A DNA stretch of 60,552 nucleotides, filler included, from Bipalium vagum (Eukaryota): NCBI GenBank assembly GCA_037834085.1. It is 3 parts of 3 records of this genome, joined end to end, with 100 filler letters (N's around TTAATTAATTAA, not from the genome) between each part and the next. Parts side by side here need not be neighbours in the genome. Positions count along the whole stretch, not along the records: positions 1 to 22,721 come from JBBMKC010217244.1; positions 22,822 to 40,154 come from JBBMKC010070838.1; 1 more part is not named here. One strand, 5' to 3'. The translations under genes and the position numbers were made by a program. The first letter of the stretch is position 1. Every line of letters begins with the position of its first letter. Under the pieces are notes generated by a model that was not told where the DNA came from, did no database searches, and saw nothing but the letters and a program-made list of their open reading frames with translations. Shown in pieces: positions 15,151 to 26,900 of this stretch.

Positions 15151-16175
15151 TTAGGTTATTCGGAATGTTAATTCCGTTTTTACAATGAAATTCAAGATTA
15201 TATTTTTTATTAATAAAAACATTCTCAGTCAACAATATCTTGTCCATTTTAATCCAACACCTTCTTCCATCTGTATGGTAATTTTAGGATACTATTCGTA
15301 TAAAACTTCTTTTACTGTTTTGCGTATGGACACTTTCACAAATCGAAGATGTTTCCAGCCAAAGAATGCTACAAGAAGCGGAATAAATGGAAATCAGAAG
15401 GATCAGATTAATAAGGTGGATGTGGTAGAACAGCCCATCCAAGATCAAACAGCTTATGTCAAGTATCAAACCTGTATAAGGTTTGGTTTTGCCATGCTGA
15501 TAATCTATTTCTTTTCTGTTAGTTAATGATGGCCTCTCCAGTTTGATATACTCATTTAATTTATTCTGTTGATTGTAGTAAACATCAGAATTGATGGTTC
15601 TGTTGCAGCTCAATGAAAATTTCTTCTTGCCAGTTCCACCTTACAGAGACCATCACCTTTTTTCATGGATTACTCTTTGAGGCGAGCGTTGTGGTTGTTC
15701 ATCTCTTACTGTTATTTTAAAAAATGGATCATTGGCGTCACGCTTGAGTAACAAATTGTATATGTTAATGCGCTAAATAATATCTTTTTCTGTGAGCAAA
15801 CGTATACATCGACCTTTGTAACATAGCCTAGGTCTTTTAAATGGTTATCAGCAGTGGAATGAGATAGGTGTAACAACCTTTGAATTATCCGAGTTGTCAA
15901 ATGTAGATCTTCTCTAACTGAGGTTCTCAGTTTGTCCACATCAGTTTTGACTAGTCTTCAGAACGCAGCCAATCTTAAAATTCGAAATTTCTCGAACGAA
16001 ATCTAAAAACCTACGTTTGATATTGCTGTTATACTGCACATTATTTTGTTCTGGAATTTTGCGGTATTACTTTCTTTTTTGAAACAAAGCAGTAAAATAT
16101 GCCAAAAATGTAATTTTTCAACTTTAATTTCAAATTTCTCACCTAAAAAATTTAGTAACTTTCCGAACAACCTAA
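15151..16175 (-). mobile_element. Decayed mariner with both TIRs
   Basis: ttaggttattcggaatgtta (15151) versus taactttccgaacaacctaa (ending 16175). ORFs 15712-15939 (HTH region, HLKDLGYV) and 15284-15613 (TINSDVYYNQ...HGKTKPY). Confidence 0.8.
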
Positions 16176-17393
16176 TTTATCTTAATAATATTGGACTTCA
16201 CATCTTATCAATAGTCAATCTATTTTAACAGAATCATGTACAAATCAATAATTATTAATTCATAGTGAAGAAGATTATAAAAAAATCTTATAACTTTCAG
16301 CCACCTAAGAATAACGGTTCCAAACTCAATATTCAAACAATGACTCAATTAAAACAAAAATATATTTTCGTTCAATTTGAATCTAACTAGAACAAAGTTG
16401 AAAAGAAATGTTCATTTAAAGAGAAAAAATTGAAGGTATGGAGATTTAGTTACGGTTTCAAAATTACAGTCTTCACTGGTGGACTAAAAATGGTTTTTCG
16501 ATCTCAACAAAATGAACCTTGATTAAATTTATTGTTTTAATAAATATCTGTCTCAGTTCTTAAATTTATTCAGATAATACGGATACTGTCAAAGATTCTT
16601 TATTTATATTCTCTAATATTTTACACCAAAAACATTTTTCCACTAATTAAGAAAAAAAAATTTCATATATCAAGTTAAATTTTTCATATTATCCTTTAAA
16701 CAAAAACTATTTATTATTCATACACCATTTTTCTTTCTTATTACGAAATTGCCAAAATTAAATCCTCTCCTTAAATATTAATATATAAAGATATCATTGT
16801 TTCTTCATTATTTATAATAATAAATTTTAAATTTCACTTAGATAAATAACTTTAGCCCACTATAAATCAATTTCAATTAAATATACCCATTTCCTTTCGA
16901 CAGAATTTTCTCTAAACTGTCACTGTACATTATTTTCTTTTTCTCGGTTTTTTTATTGTTTTAACGATTCCATTTTCCAATAACATTTTAAATTACATAA
17001 ACTTTTGATACATTTTTTCATTATGTACTTTATCAAAATAAAATAATAAATCTTATTTTCACAAAACATAATCCCAATTACTTTTGAGAGAAAAGGAAAA
17101 TAATATTCAAAAATAGAATTTTATAAATTTCTTATTTCAAAAATGTTTCTAGACATGTAATGAAAAAATTATCGATCATGATTTAAACAAAATTAAACTA
17201 CATGACTAAATTGAAACAAGGAGTTCGCACTAATCTTGGAATAATAAGTTATTTATTAAAAATTAAAGTAATATTTTGAATTAATTGTATACATATTTTA
17301 AGACATTGTATAAATTAAAAGACGTCTAATATTTATGGTGCACCCGACTTTTAAAATTTCCGAAAAACTGAGCATCAGAACACTTTGAGGAAC

Positions 17394-17566
17394 TCATTTG
17401 ATATAGCTGCAGCATGTTGCTTTTGTTATATTAATTTTTAGCTTAATTTTAAACTATATAGTATATTATTTAAATTTAACGAAAGTGGTGCTATTAAGAT
17501 TGCTGCGCTCCTAAAATACGCTCCACTAATTAAAAAAATCACTCTGTAAGTCTGGAGTCTAAAAAA
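17394..17566. repeat. Dispersed ~175-200 bp repeat, copy 1 (copy 2 at 43868-44070)
   Basis: Shared blocks ctgcagcatgttg, attaattttta, tatttaaatttaacgaaagt, ctgcgctcc and aatcactctgtaagtctg, in the same order and orientation. Confidence 0.85.
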
Positions 17567-17809
17567 TAGCATAACATAAGATATATTAAATTCATAACTA
17601 TTAAATTAATTTTGACAGAAGACCTACAGTAAAGAAAAAATTGAATTCTTAATGTTGAAAATTATGTATTGATTAAAAATTGTATTTCGCTATCATAATA
17701 AAATATAAACTGATTTCAACTTGTTTTAATTATTATATTTACTACAACTACTGCGCCCATTTTTAAATAAAATTAAAGTCTTAATATCTTGATAATTTAT
17801 AAAACTATT

Positions 17810-18330
17810 TATTCAAGATAATATCCGTTGAAAAAAAATTTTTACCATTATTGTAGTAATTAGTGGATTCCGTGAGTAAAAACATCCCGTTTTTGACACA
17901 AACTATTTATCCAGCTTTTTCCTTGGAAGTAAAGTGCTTTCCAGAGAGAGCTGATTGTATCGATCGAAATATGTGGAAATCTATTGAGCCCATATCCGAT
18001 TCATACAACAATGACGTAGGACTTTCAAATTTGTGGTTTTCAAATTTTTTATTACCGATGAATAATATGAGGTCTAGGGTTATCATGTAGAAAATAAGTT
18101 TCTTTTGTCTCTTCTCTCATCCAATCCCAAAATTTATGCCCCTTTGATCTCACCGAACACAGAACTTTCTTTTTTACCAGTGAATATTCAGCTTCGAAAC
18201 TGATGGCTTCACCTGGCATAACCCAAGCAGATTTTTGCTTTAAATTGTCGTAATGAATCCATTTGTTGTCTACCGTTACCACTCGATGCAGAAAGTACTT
18301 TCTTTCGTATCTTTGCAGTTATAAGGTCGA
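17810..18330 (-). mobile_element. Mariner transposase relic (catalytic region)
   Basis: ORF 18052-18282: VTVDNKWIHYDN...FLHDNPRPH. Boundaries approximate. Confidence 0.7.
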
Positions 18331-18996
18331 AAATTAGAAAATAGTAAAAATTTGCGATCAAATTTAGAAGAAAAAAATATCCAAAGTAAAAGTCTGTCAA
18401 TGTGCAATTAAAATATAATGTCTCTGTATTGATTTAAATTAATTTAAATTTCGTAAAATCTTAAAATAAAATGTAAATTTCACTCTAAAGGGACATCCAT
18501 AAATAGGGCTTATGGAAGGAAATTGGTTAATAAGATAAATAAACATTAGGAAATTTTGATTTCTTGAATCTGTTGTCTTCATTAGATTTTACTCATAAGT
18601 GTTGGGTTTACCCAAGACAACCCCCCTGGGAAAGATAACCAAGAAAAATCATAAAAAAGTATAGATTATAAGAATAATAATAATATTATTATTAATAATA
18701 ATTAAAATTAATTAATGCTTGAGTAACAATTAAAAATTCCCAGATATTTATATTTTGAAAATACTTAAGAAATAAAACAACCCTCCAAAAGTAATTTTTA
18801 TTTTTAAAGTCCAAAAGAAGTATTTGATAAATATTAATGATCATCATAAAATAATTTTTATGGAACTTTTAGGGAATTTTAGAATTTTAAGTATGATTTT
18901 GAGAATACTTCAAGAATAATTCCCAGATGAAGATCAGTTCTAAAAAGTATTTAAGCAGAGGGATTCTAGCATATTTTCACCCCTCAGAGAACGTAC

Positions 18997-19068
18997 GACT
19001 AAGAGATCACTGTTTAATTCAAAAGACTATGAGATCATTGCTTAATTCCAGAAGACTACGAGATCACC
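18997..19068. repeat. 28/29-bp tandem repeat, ~2.5 copies
   Basis: gactaagagatcactgtttaattcaaaa / gactatgagatcattgcttaattccagaa / gactacgagatcacc. Confidence 0.75.
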
Positions 19069-20098
19069 ATCGTCACACAAGGAGAAGATTGCTAATCGTC
19101 ATTCTTATCAAGTATACTATTATTACAGCAATGGGACTATGCTTAAAATTCCCCACCAACTAGTTATCGGTGAGCAACCGTTAGGGCTCAGACGACAACT
19201 CGGGAGTTTTAGCGATAATAAACTGTAAGATTTTTCCTTTTCTTTTTGTTTTATCTTATTATTTTATTTGAAGTAAACATTAATATTGATTAAGATAGTG
19301 TATAAGTAATATTTTGTTTTAATTAGACTTTGAATTAAACATTATATTTTAATTTCTGTTTGATATTAAAGGTACTTGCCATTTTATTAATTCATTTGAT
19401 TTTATTGTTGTTCGATTATATTTTATTTTGAGAAGTAGCTTGATTATGAAACATTTCAGTCATTAATTGTGATCCCAGACTTTTGATTATCCTTCTGTAT
19501 TTTTGTGTAGTTTTCGTGATTGTGTGATATAAATACAATTGTTGCTTTACTGATTGTTAATATTTGCACCACCTAAGAGTGCAGGTCTAAAAAGAGTCAG
19601 GTCTAAAAGTGATACACTAAATAGTGAATATAAGCAATAATTTAGAATAAGCTGGTTTTAACATTATGGTTTTTATTTTTATACATTACTAATGTATCAA
19701 TAAATAAAATATTTTCAATTATAATTGAAAATAGATAAATAAACAAATAATTAATTAATTATATAATTCAATCAATAAAAAAAATTTTCAATTAAGATAA
19801 TAAAAATAAATTTTAAAAATACGAATTACACAAATATTCTCATTAAATAAAAAATGTATAAAATAATAATTTCAAAATAAAATTCATATTATTTTAAACA
19901 AAAGAAACCTGATATAATATTGTAAGAGCAAAAAAAAGTTATACTTCAACATCCCTTAAATATTATATTTCACTACCAGAATCAATTCATTTTCCTATTG
20001 AGCTTGTGAGATTTATCATGCAAATTTGATTTCCTGAAAATTTTGTTTGGAATTATGGATAACAAGTTTGTTTTCTAAATTTCAATTTATCATTTTGT

Positions 20099-20125
20099 TT
20101 ATTGTTATTATTATTATTATTATTA

Positions 20126-20173
<48 letters not shown>
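20099..20173. repeat. (ATT)n microsatellite
   Basis: Near-perfect ATT run; it produces the spurious poly-Ile ORF 20047-20280. Confidence 0.9.
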
Positions 20174-20177
<4 letters not shown>

Positions 20178-20233
20178 TGTTATGTGCATATTAATTGCTC
20201 TTTTATGTTTCAATATAATAAATTTCATTACAG

Positions 20234-20276
20234 AAGAGGATCATTCAGTCGCAAAGATTACGGATCTGTTGAAATG
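20234..20276 (+). CDS. Candidate upstream 43-nt exon of the beta-TrCP gene
   Basis: tacag|aagagg...gaaatg|gtaaat. The reading RGSFSRKDYGSVEM ends in phase 0, which fits the ttttag|ATG acceptor at 23923. An assembly spacer lies between them. Confidence 0.3.
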
Positions 20277-20923
20277 GTAAATTATTTATTTATGAAATGT
20301 TTATATTTATTGTAAATTATTAAATCGATTAAGTCAACATTTAATTAAACAAGATAATTAAATAATATAATATTATAAATAATAATCGCACATTGTAAAA
20401 CGGTAAAATCATAATACCTTTGATTAAAAACTATTATCATTATATTTTATATTATTTCTTACTTGGAGTCTGTTAATAAGTGACACATTTAATTTATATA
20501 TATATATATAATTAATAATATATATGAATAAATTATTAATATTTTTATTATAAAAAATTGATCTAAAATAATTATTAAATCTTAATATTTATAAACCTTT
20601 TTAAGAAAGAGGATACATTATCCGGATATATTGTCTTATTTTCAATTAGGTAATAATAGATAGGGAAGTTCATTCTACAATTTTATCTCTCTTAATTTGC
20701 GTAACAACTCTTTTGTGAAAGACAAGAAAATAAAAATTTATTCGTACATTAATTTTCTATGGTTAAAATTATAATTATCATATTTTTCCCGGTGTTAAGC
20801 ATATGTGAAAACCATTTTAATATTCTACTTTTTAATTTTTATAAAAAGTTCCGTTATGATCGAAGATGTGCACAAAGAACATTTTTATCGATTTCTCAAA
20901 CATATTCAAAAATTTTATTCAAC

Positions 20924-21310
20924 CTACATGGTGCTCCCAATAAGTCCATGCAATAACTAGAAAAGCAATTTAATGAAAACACTCAACTTTTACACAGTAA
21001 TATGTGATATATATAGACATCATTTTTCAACATAAGAGCCATGTACATCCACAAACTTTTGCCAGCGCTAAATCAGTTCAGAGAATGCACTTTCGAAAAA
21101 ATCTGAGGACTCTTTACGTACGATACTCTCCACCTCTTCTCTCACATCTTCAGTATTTGCAAAATATTTGTCACGCAAATGCTTCTTCACATATCTGAAT
21201 GGGTAAAAATCACTTGTGGCAAGGTCTTGACTGTGGAATGAATGGTCCAATAGGTCAAATCCACTTTCTTCCAGAACTCGCATGGATTTTGCACTTTATG
21301 GACTTCTGCA
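20924..21310 (-). mobile_element. Mariner 3' end fragment
   Basis: ORF 21068-21283 (LLDHSFHSQDLATSDFYPFRYVKKHLR) is a decayed HPPYSPDLAPSDF motif. TIR-like tacatggtgctcccaataagtcc at 20924. Confidence 0.75.
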
Positions 21311-21843
21311 TTGTTCTAGAGAAACCACATTGGGATGCTCCGTTCTTTTCGTCATATCGTATATAATATTCGATAAATAATCTTCAAATGGTCGATAATC
21401 TAAGGCATATTTGTAATTCATGTTAATTCTGTCAAAGGGTAAAAATTTAACTATAACATAAGAGAGAATTGTTAAATTTCTCAAAAAGTAGAGAAATTTT
21501 ACAAACAAAAGCACAACTGAGAACTTAATGGTTAGAAGCTTTGTAAATCGTGTGTTTGTTAAAATGATAAAATTAAATGACTAAATAACAGATGTTTACA
21601 GATTACATTTGTCAATACAATTACATATTGATTCTTTCAATTTACCGATTAATAATGATTATTGTTACAATGATTTTCTTTTAGAAAACCTCAAAAAGTA
21701 CGATTAATTAGAGAAAGATAATCCTTTCCCACGATATTATTATCAGTGTCCCCGAGAATACACTTCATATTCCTAATCGGTATATGAAATATTAACACAG
21801 AAAAATATATGGAACAGAAATGAAGCAGAGAAAAAGAAAATTA

Positions 21844-22721
21844 CAGGGGGTGTGTTAGCTATTTGAGGACAAAAATTGATATTAAAGGTAAGTAATATTT
21901 TTAATGAAAAGAATGTATATTTTTAAGCAATATTAGAAACTTTATTGTTTTAAGTACACAAGTTTTATTTATTCAATAATATCGTCTTCAGTGTCAATTA
22001 CAGCTTCAAGACGACTTCTGAAAAGCTTACAAACCGCGATCAAATGGTTTTTGTTCATATTTGTCATAGCAGAACTTATAGAAGCCTGTAATGAATCTTT
22101 GGTATTATGAGGATGTTTGTTCGTCTCCTACTCTACGACGCCCCATACGAAATAGTCCGAAGGATTTAAATCCGGTGAGCTAGGTGGCCATAAGTTTGGA
22201 GTGACATGATCGTTAAAAATTAGCGATAGCAATTTTTGTGTTTTTATTGCTGTATGGCAGGGACCTGAGTCTTGTTGGAACACATAAAGTTTTCCGTGGC
22301 AAATTTTTCAATCCGGGGCTTAACATATGTATCCAGACACTCGATATAAAGAGATTCATTAAGTTTAAGTCCCTGTGTTAAGAAACAGGGTGGCATAACA
22401 TGACCTTCGTTGATCACAACACCCAATATCATTAAAAATAATGGAAACTTGGTGTGCATAACATTAGAGACTTCAGAAGCACTGGAGCACAGCCATCGAT
22501 CGTTTCTCCTATTAACCTTTTGATCTTGAGTAAATATTTTTTCATCAGAAAATAACCATAGTATGTTTGGATGATCAAGATGCTTCTTGGTTTTGTTAAA
22601 AAGACAGTTCGAGCGGATTAAAAAATTTTCTTTGCTTTTTGCCGATACAAAATGTCTTCTTCTCATGACGTAGGACTTGCATTTTAAATCATTGTGTACC
22701 GTTCGTCTTACTGTTGACTCA
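21844..22721 (-). mobile_element. Tc1/mariner-superfamily element, maT (DD37D/Bmmar1)-like, truncated by the assembly gap
   Basis: ORF 22244-22666 WLFSDEKIFTQDQKVNRRNDRW...GHVMPP, then in another frame WPPSSPDLNPSDYFVWG. Terminus TA|cagggggtgtgttagc. Confidence 0.85.
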
Positions 22722-22821
22722 NNNNNNNNNNNNNNNNNNNNNNNNNNNNNNNNNNNNNNNNNNNNTTAATTAATTAANNNNNNNNNNNNNNNNNNNNNNN
22801 NNNNNNNNNNNNNNNNNNNNN
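22722..22821. other. Assembly spacer (44 N + TTAATTAATTAA + 44 N)
   Basis: Exactly 100 nt; the palindromic linker has stops in all six frames; identical to the spacer at 40155. Confidence 0.97.
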
Positions 22822-22824
22822 CAC

Positions 22825-22886
22825 TATTATTCTCATTTTGAAGTTTATTGTTCCATTTTGAAGTTTATTATTCTCATTTTGAAATT
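22825..22886. repeat. ~20-bp tandem repeat, 3 copies
   Basis: tattattctcattttgaagt / ttattgttccattttgaagt / ttattattctcattttgaaa. Confidence 0.8.
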
Positions 22887-23922
22887 AAAAAGGTATAGTT
22901 ACACTTTCATTACACTAAAGAGGATTGAGCCATGAGGTTGTTATATCAAAACAACTATCAGTTCTGTAAGGAAGTTTCACAACATATATCCAAGCATATT
23001 TAGACTCACTCTGTCAACACCATCGAACAATGGTGGCGCGCTTTTATTTGTGTATTTTCAAATAAAATGATTAAAGTTTGTACATGGTATCAAAAAATTC
23101 CTTTTTTATAATTATATTTTTTACAGAAATTCTTAATATTTAAATTTGCCTGGCCTTTTCTAATACTTATAAGAAAGTGATAATATTCATTATTATAAAA
23201 AAGTTTTAGTATTCATTGATATCGAGTAATAATAATGTTAGTCCTTTATATTCATCTTGAATTCTAAGTTGGTTCACTTTCAAAGTGTTATTATTAGTCT
23301 AAGTTTCAATCATAATCAGTATTGTACAAGATTAATTACAATATAAAGGTTTTTCTCGTTTTAATTGTGTCAAAAATTCTATTGATAACTTTTTTATTAT
23401 TTATTTTTCTGAAGTTTGAATGATTTTGGTGTGGGCTTCAGTTGTTGAATTCTGGATTTTTAATTGCATCAAATTAGCTGCTTTAAATTTGAGTTTCTTA
23501 AGAAAAAATTGATTTTTAAAATTTTTCAATCAATTATTTTTTGAGAAAATTATTAGAAAACTTTAATTTAGAAAATGAAAATCATATTGGAAACATTAGT
23601 AAGGATAAAAAACTAAATCCTTATTTCTTAGCTTATTTGATGCTTTTAACATGAAAATTAATAAAAATTATTAATTTACAAATTTTTCTTGTATTTGATT
23701 AATTCAACATCTTAACTGTTTTATCCATTTACTATTATGGCATATGTATATTCTTTGTTTAAATTTCATACTAAAATTTAATTAAATCAATTTTATAAAC
23801 ATAACAATTAACAATGTTTGCATTTAACTTAAATAATTCATGAATTGAAAATTAAATATTAAATCAAAGATAAATATAATTATTAATTGAAATATCGTAT
23901 TTTTGTTTATTATGCATTTTAG

Positions 23923-26900
23923 ATGTATTCATCCGTCAATTCCAGTGGCGATGCTTTGGAATGTGATGATCAAGATTTGGTTAATTTTTCAGAAACTTTC
24001 AAACGACACCAAGCGGATATCGAAGCAAATTTTTTAAAGTTTACCAAGGATCAGCAGATAAATCTTGTCCAGGGACTATTAAAACAGATGTCACATTATC
24101 AGCACGGTCAGATAGATGCCTACCTCAAACCTATGCTTCAGAGAGATTTTATTACAGATTTACCAGGTAATCAATTATTTCAAACTTTAATATAATAATT
24201 TTCAGTATTTAGCATTTTTTTGTCAATTTTAATGCATTCCATACATCGATAACTTTTATGTTTGATTTAATTAAATTTTTTTTTGTTCCTGAATCGATAC
24301 AATATTTTCTTTTCAGCTAAAGGCCTCTTTCAAGTATCGGAACAGATTCTCTCGTATTTGGACGCGAAGTCATTATGTGCAGCCAATCAAGTAAGCTACA
24401 GCTGGCGACAAGTGATTCGAGAAGGTTACTTATGGAAAAAGCTTATCGAGCACATGGTGATGACAAACTCACTTTGGCGCGGCTTGGGTGAACGTTGTGG
24501 TTGGATAAATAAGCTCAGTATTCCAGGTCGACATATTCATCCTCGGAATCCACGGAGTCGGATTTTTAAAAGTGGTTCAGATTCCAGTGGGATTTACATG
24601 TCCAATAATTTGAGCGGTCTCCTCGTTTCTCCGAATTCCACCACGGTAGTAAATGAAAATTATCTGATAACTGGAGGTGGACCCGGAACGGGGACCTGTG
24701 GAGTAGTAGGTCTAGGAGGAGCAGGGGTAGGAGTGGGGGGACATCAAGAATTTATGGATGATAATCCAATCATATCTGGTTACGAATTGATGGATCCAGA
24801 ATATTATCGGAGGCTGTATCCGGAAATCATTGTTAATATCAAGGTTTTTAATTTTTTTGGATTTTATTATATTGAAATTCGAACTCATCTTTTCAGAGAA
24901 TTCAGAAAAATTGGCTCACAGGAAAGTACAATTTGAAAAAAATCGAATGCCACAGTGAATCAAGCAAAGGGGTTTATTGTCTGCAGTACGATGACCGAAA
25001 AATTGTCAGTGGCTTGCGAGATAATAGCATAAAAGTATTTCAATGTTTTTTCACTGATTAATTTACTTTTGTGACTGAAAACTATCTTTGAACGACATTA
25101 TCTGTTGTATTTGGTTAACAAAACCAAATTGATTAGAGAGATAAATGGAAATATAATCTTTAGTCCGAAAACCTCTGTTAAGTATCTCTAAAGAATGAGG
25201 GCTGAAGCTAAATCTATGTTTAATTTCCATGATAAAGTAAAATATTACAAATATTAAATATTGTCTGATTCATTGTTAATATTGACATAATTCGATATGG
25301 ATCGATTGAAATTATTAAATTAAAATTCTTTTTTAATAATAGTATGAAAATGTTATTTTTTCCTGACAAACGGAATTAATTTTAATGTCATAGTGAAATT
25401 TTAAACGATTTTTAGATTTAAAAATGTACAAGACTACCAACAGTGACGGAAAATTCCTAATGGACAATACGAAAATCGATTTCACGGCTTCTTTGTGGTC
25501 TTGGTTTTGTAATGCTTGGTTTCTAACTTGTATCGGTTTTACTTGATTTTCTGATGAACGTGGAGGAAAAAACAAGTTTCACTTTACTCTTTCTCATCTT
25601 GCTTCCATTGATTATTGAAAAATCTAATTTGATTTTCAGTTTTCGATTTTTTTACTGATCTTTCTTTATTGATTTTCATATTTTCACGGTTTTGCGTTGA
25701 AGCGATTTTATGTTTTTCGATCTTTTGCGATGCGGGAAAATATTTTTAAAAGAATAATCAATTTCATTTTTGATCAAAAGATCAAGATAACCGATTTCTT
25801 TTTTTCGTTTTGATTATCTTTATTTTGATAGACATCAGGTTTTATTCAGTCATCAAAATCAACAAAAAATCAGATCCAGACTTCGTTTTATTTTCTTTTA
25901 CGTATTAAATCAATTAAATTCTGAAAGAATCGATTATTGATCTTCTTTCTGTTCATTTAGCCACTTAAAGATATCAGTTGACGAGCATACTATTTAATAA
26001 TTTCTTAAAAAATCACTAAATAACATTTGGATATTAAAATCGATTTTTTATGTATGACCGTGTTTTATTTATTGTCAACGGAGATATTTATTGGACAAAA
26101 ATTACTTTTATTGATTCACTTCATAAACTTTAGAAAAATTAAAATCTAGATCTAAAAGAAATCAATAAATGTGCATCATTTATTTATATATCCTTGCTAT
26201 TTATAACTCTAAGAGATGTGCTGGAACTTTTTTGTTAACCTTTTTTTAATATTAATATATTATAAATATCTATATTGATTTCATGTTGACTATTTTTCTT
26301 ATTATTTGACAGAAAAATATAGATTTTTAAATTTAGTTTAAAAAATCGATAAAGCTCAGAATTTCCGAGTATTTAATCTAAACAAGGATAAAATCTGTAA
26401 AACCGTAAGTGTTAATACATAATAAAGAAATCTTTTTATTGATTCACTCGTGAAATCGTTTATTATTGTAAAATTAATAATACGCTAAAAATTCGATCGA
26501 ATTTCTTTCGGACTGTAACGGTTTTTCTTTTCTGTATTCGGCATGCTTATAATATCAAGTTTTATATTAGGTCTACAAATATGACTCCGCCGTTTTTACC
26601 CTTATTTAAAATATAATAAATAAAAAACAACCAAAGCAAATTTATAAAAGATTTTTTATTAAAAACAATTTCCTTCACTCATGACAACGTTTTCTCAAAG
26701 TTGTGGCAGTTTATGTATGCCATCATAGAAAAAAATATTTGATTTAGAGGCAATCCAATGATCTAGCCATTTTTTTTACATTTTTTAAAGCTGTGCTCTG
26801 ACAGACCATGTGCCATCGAACGGAATAAATGATAATCCGTCTGAGAAATGTCTGGAGAGTATGGCGGGTGGGGTAAGACATCCCATTTCAACTATTTTAT

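Noticed and set aside
20047-20280. Poly-Ile/Leu ORFs here and at 2657-2863 and 57409-57621
   Set aside because: Translations of ATT microsatellites and AT-rich low-complexity DNA.
22722-22821. TTAATTAATTAA palindrome between N runs (also 40155-40254) as a biological motif
   Set aside because: Identical 44+12+44 layout twice with stops in all six frames; this is an assembly linker. Adjacency across it is uncertain.
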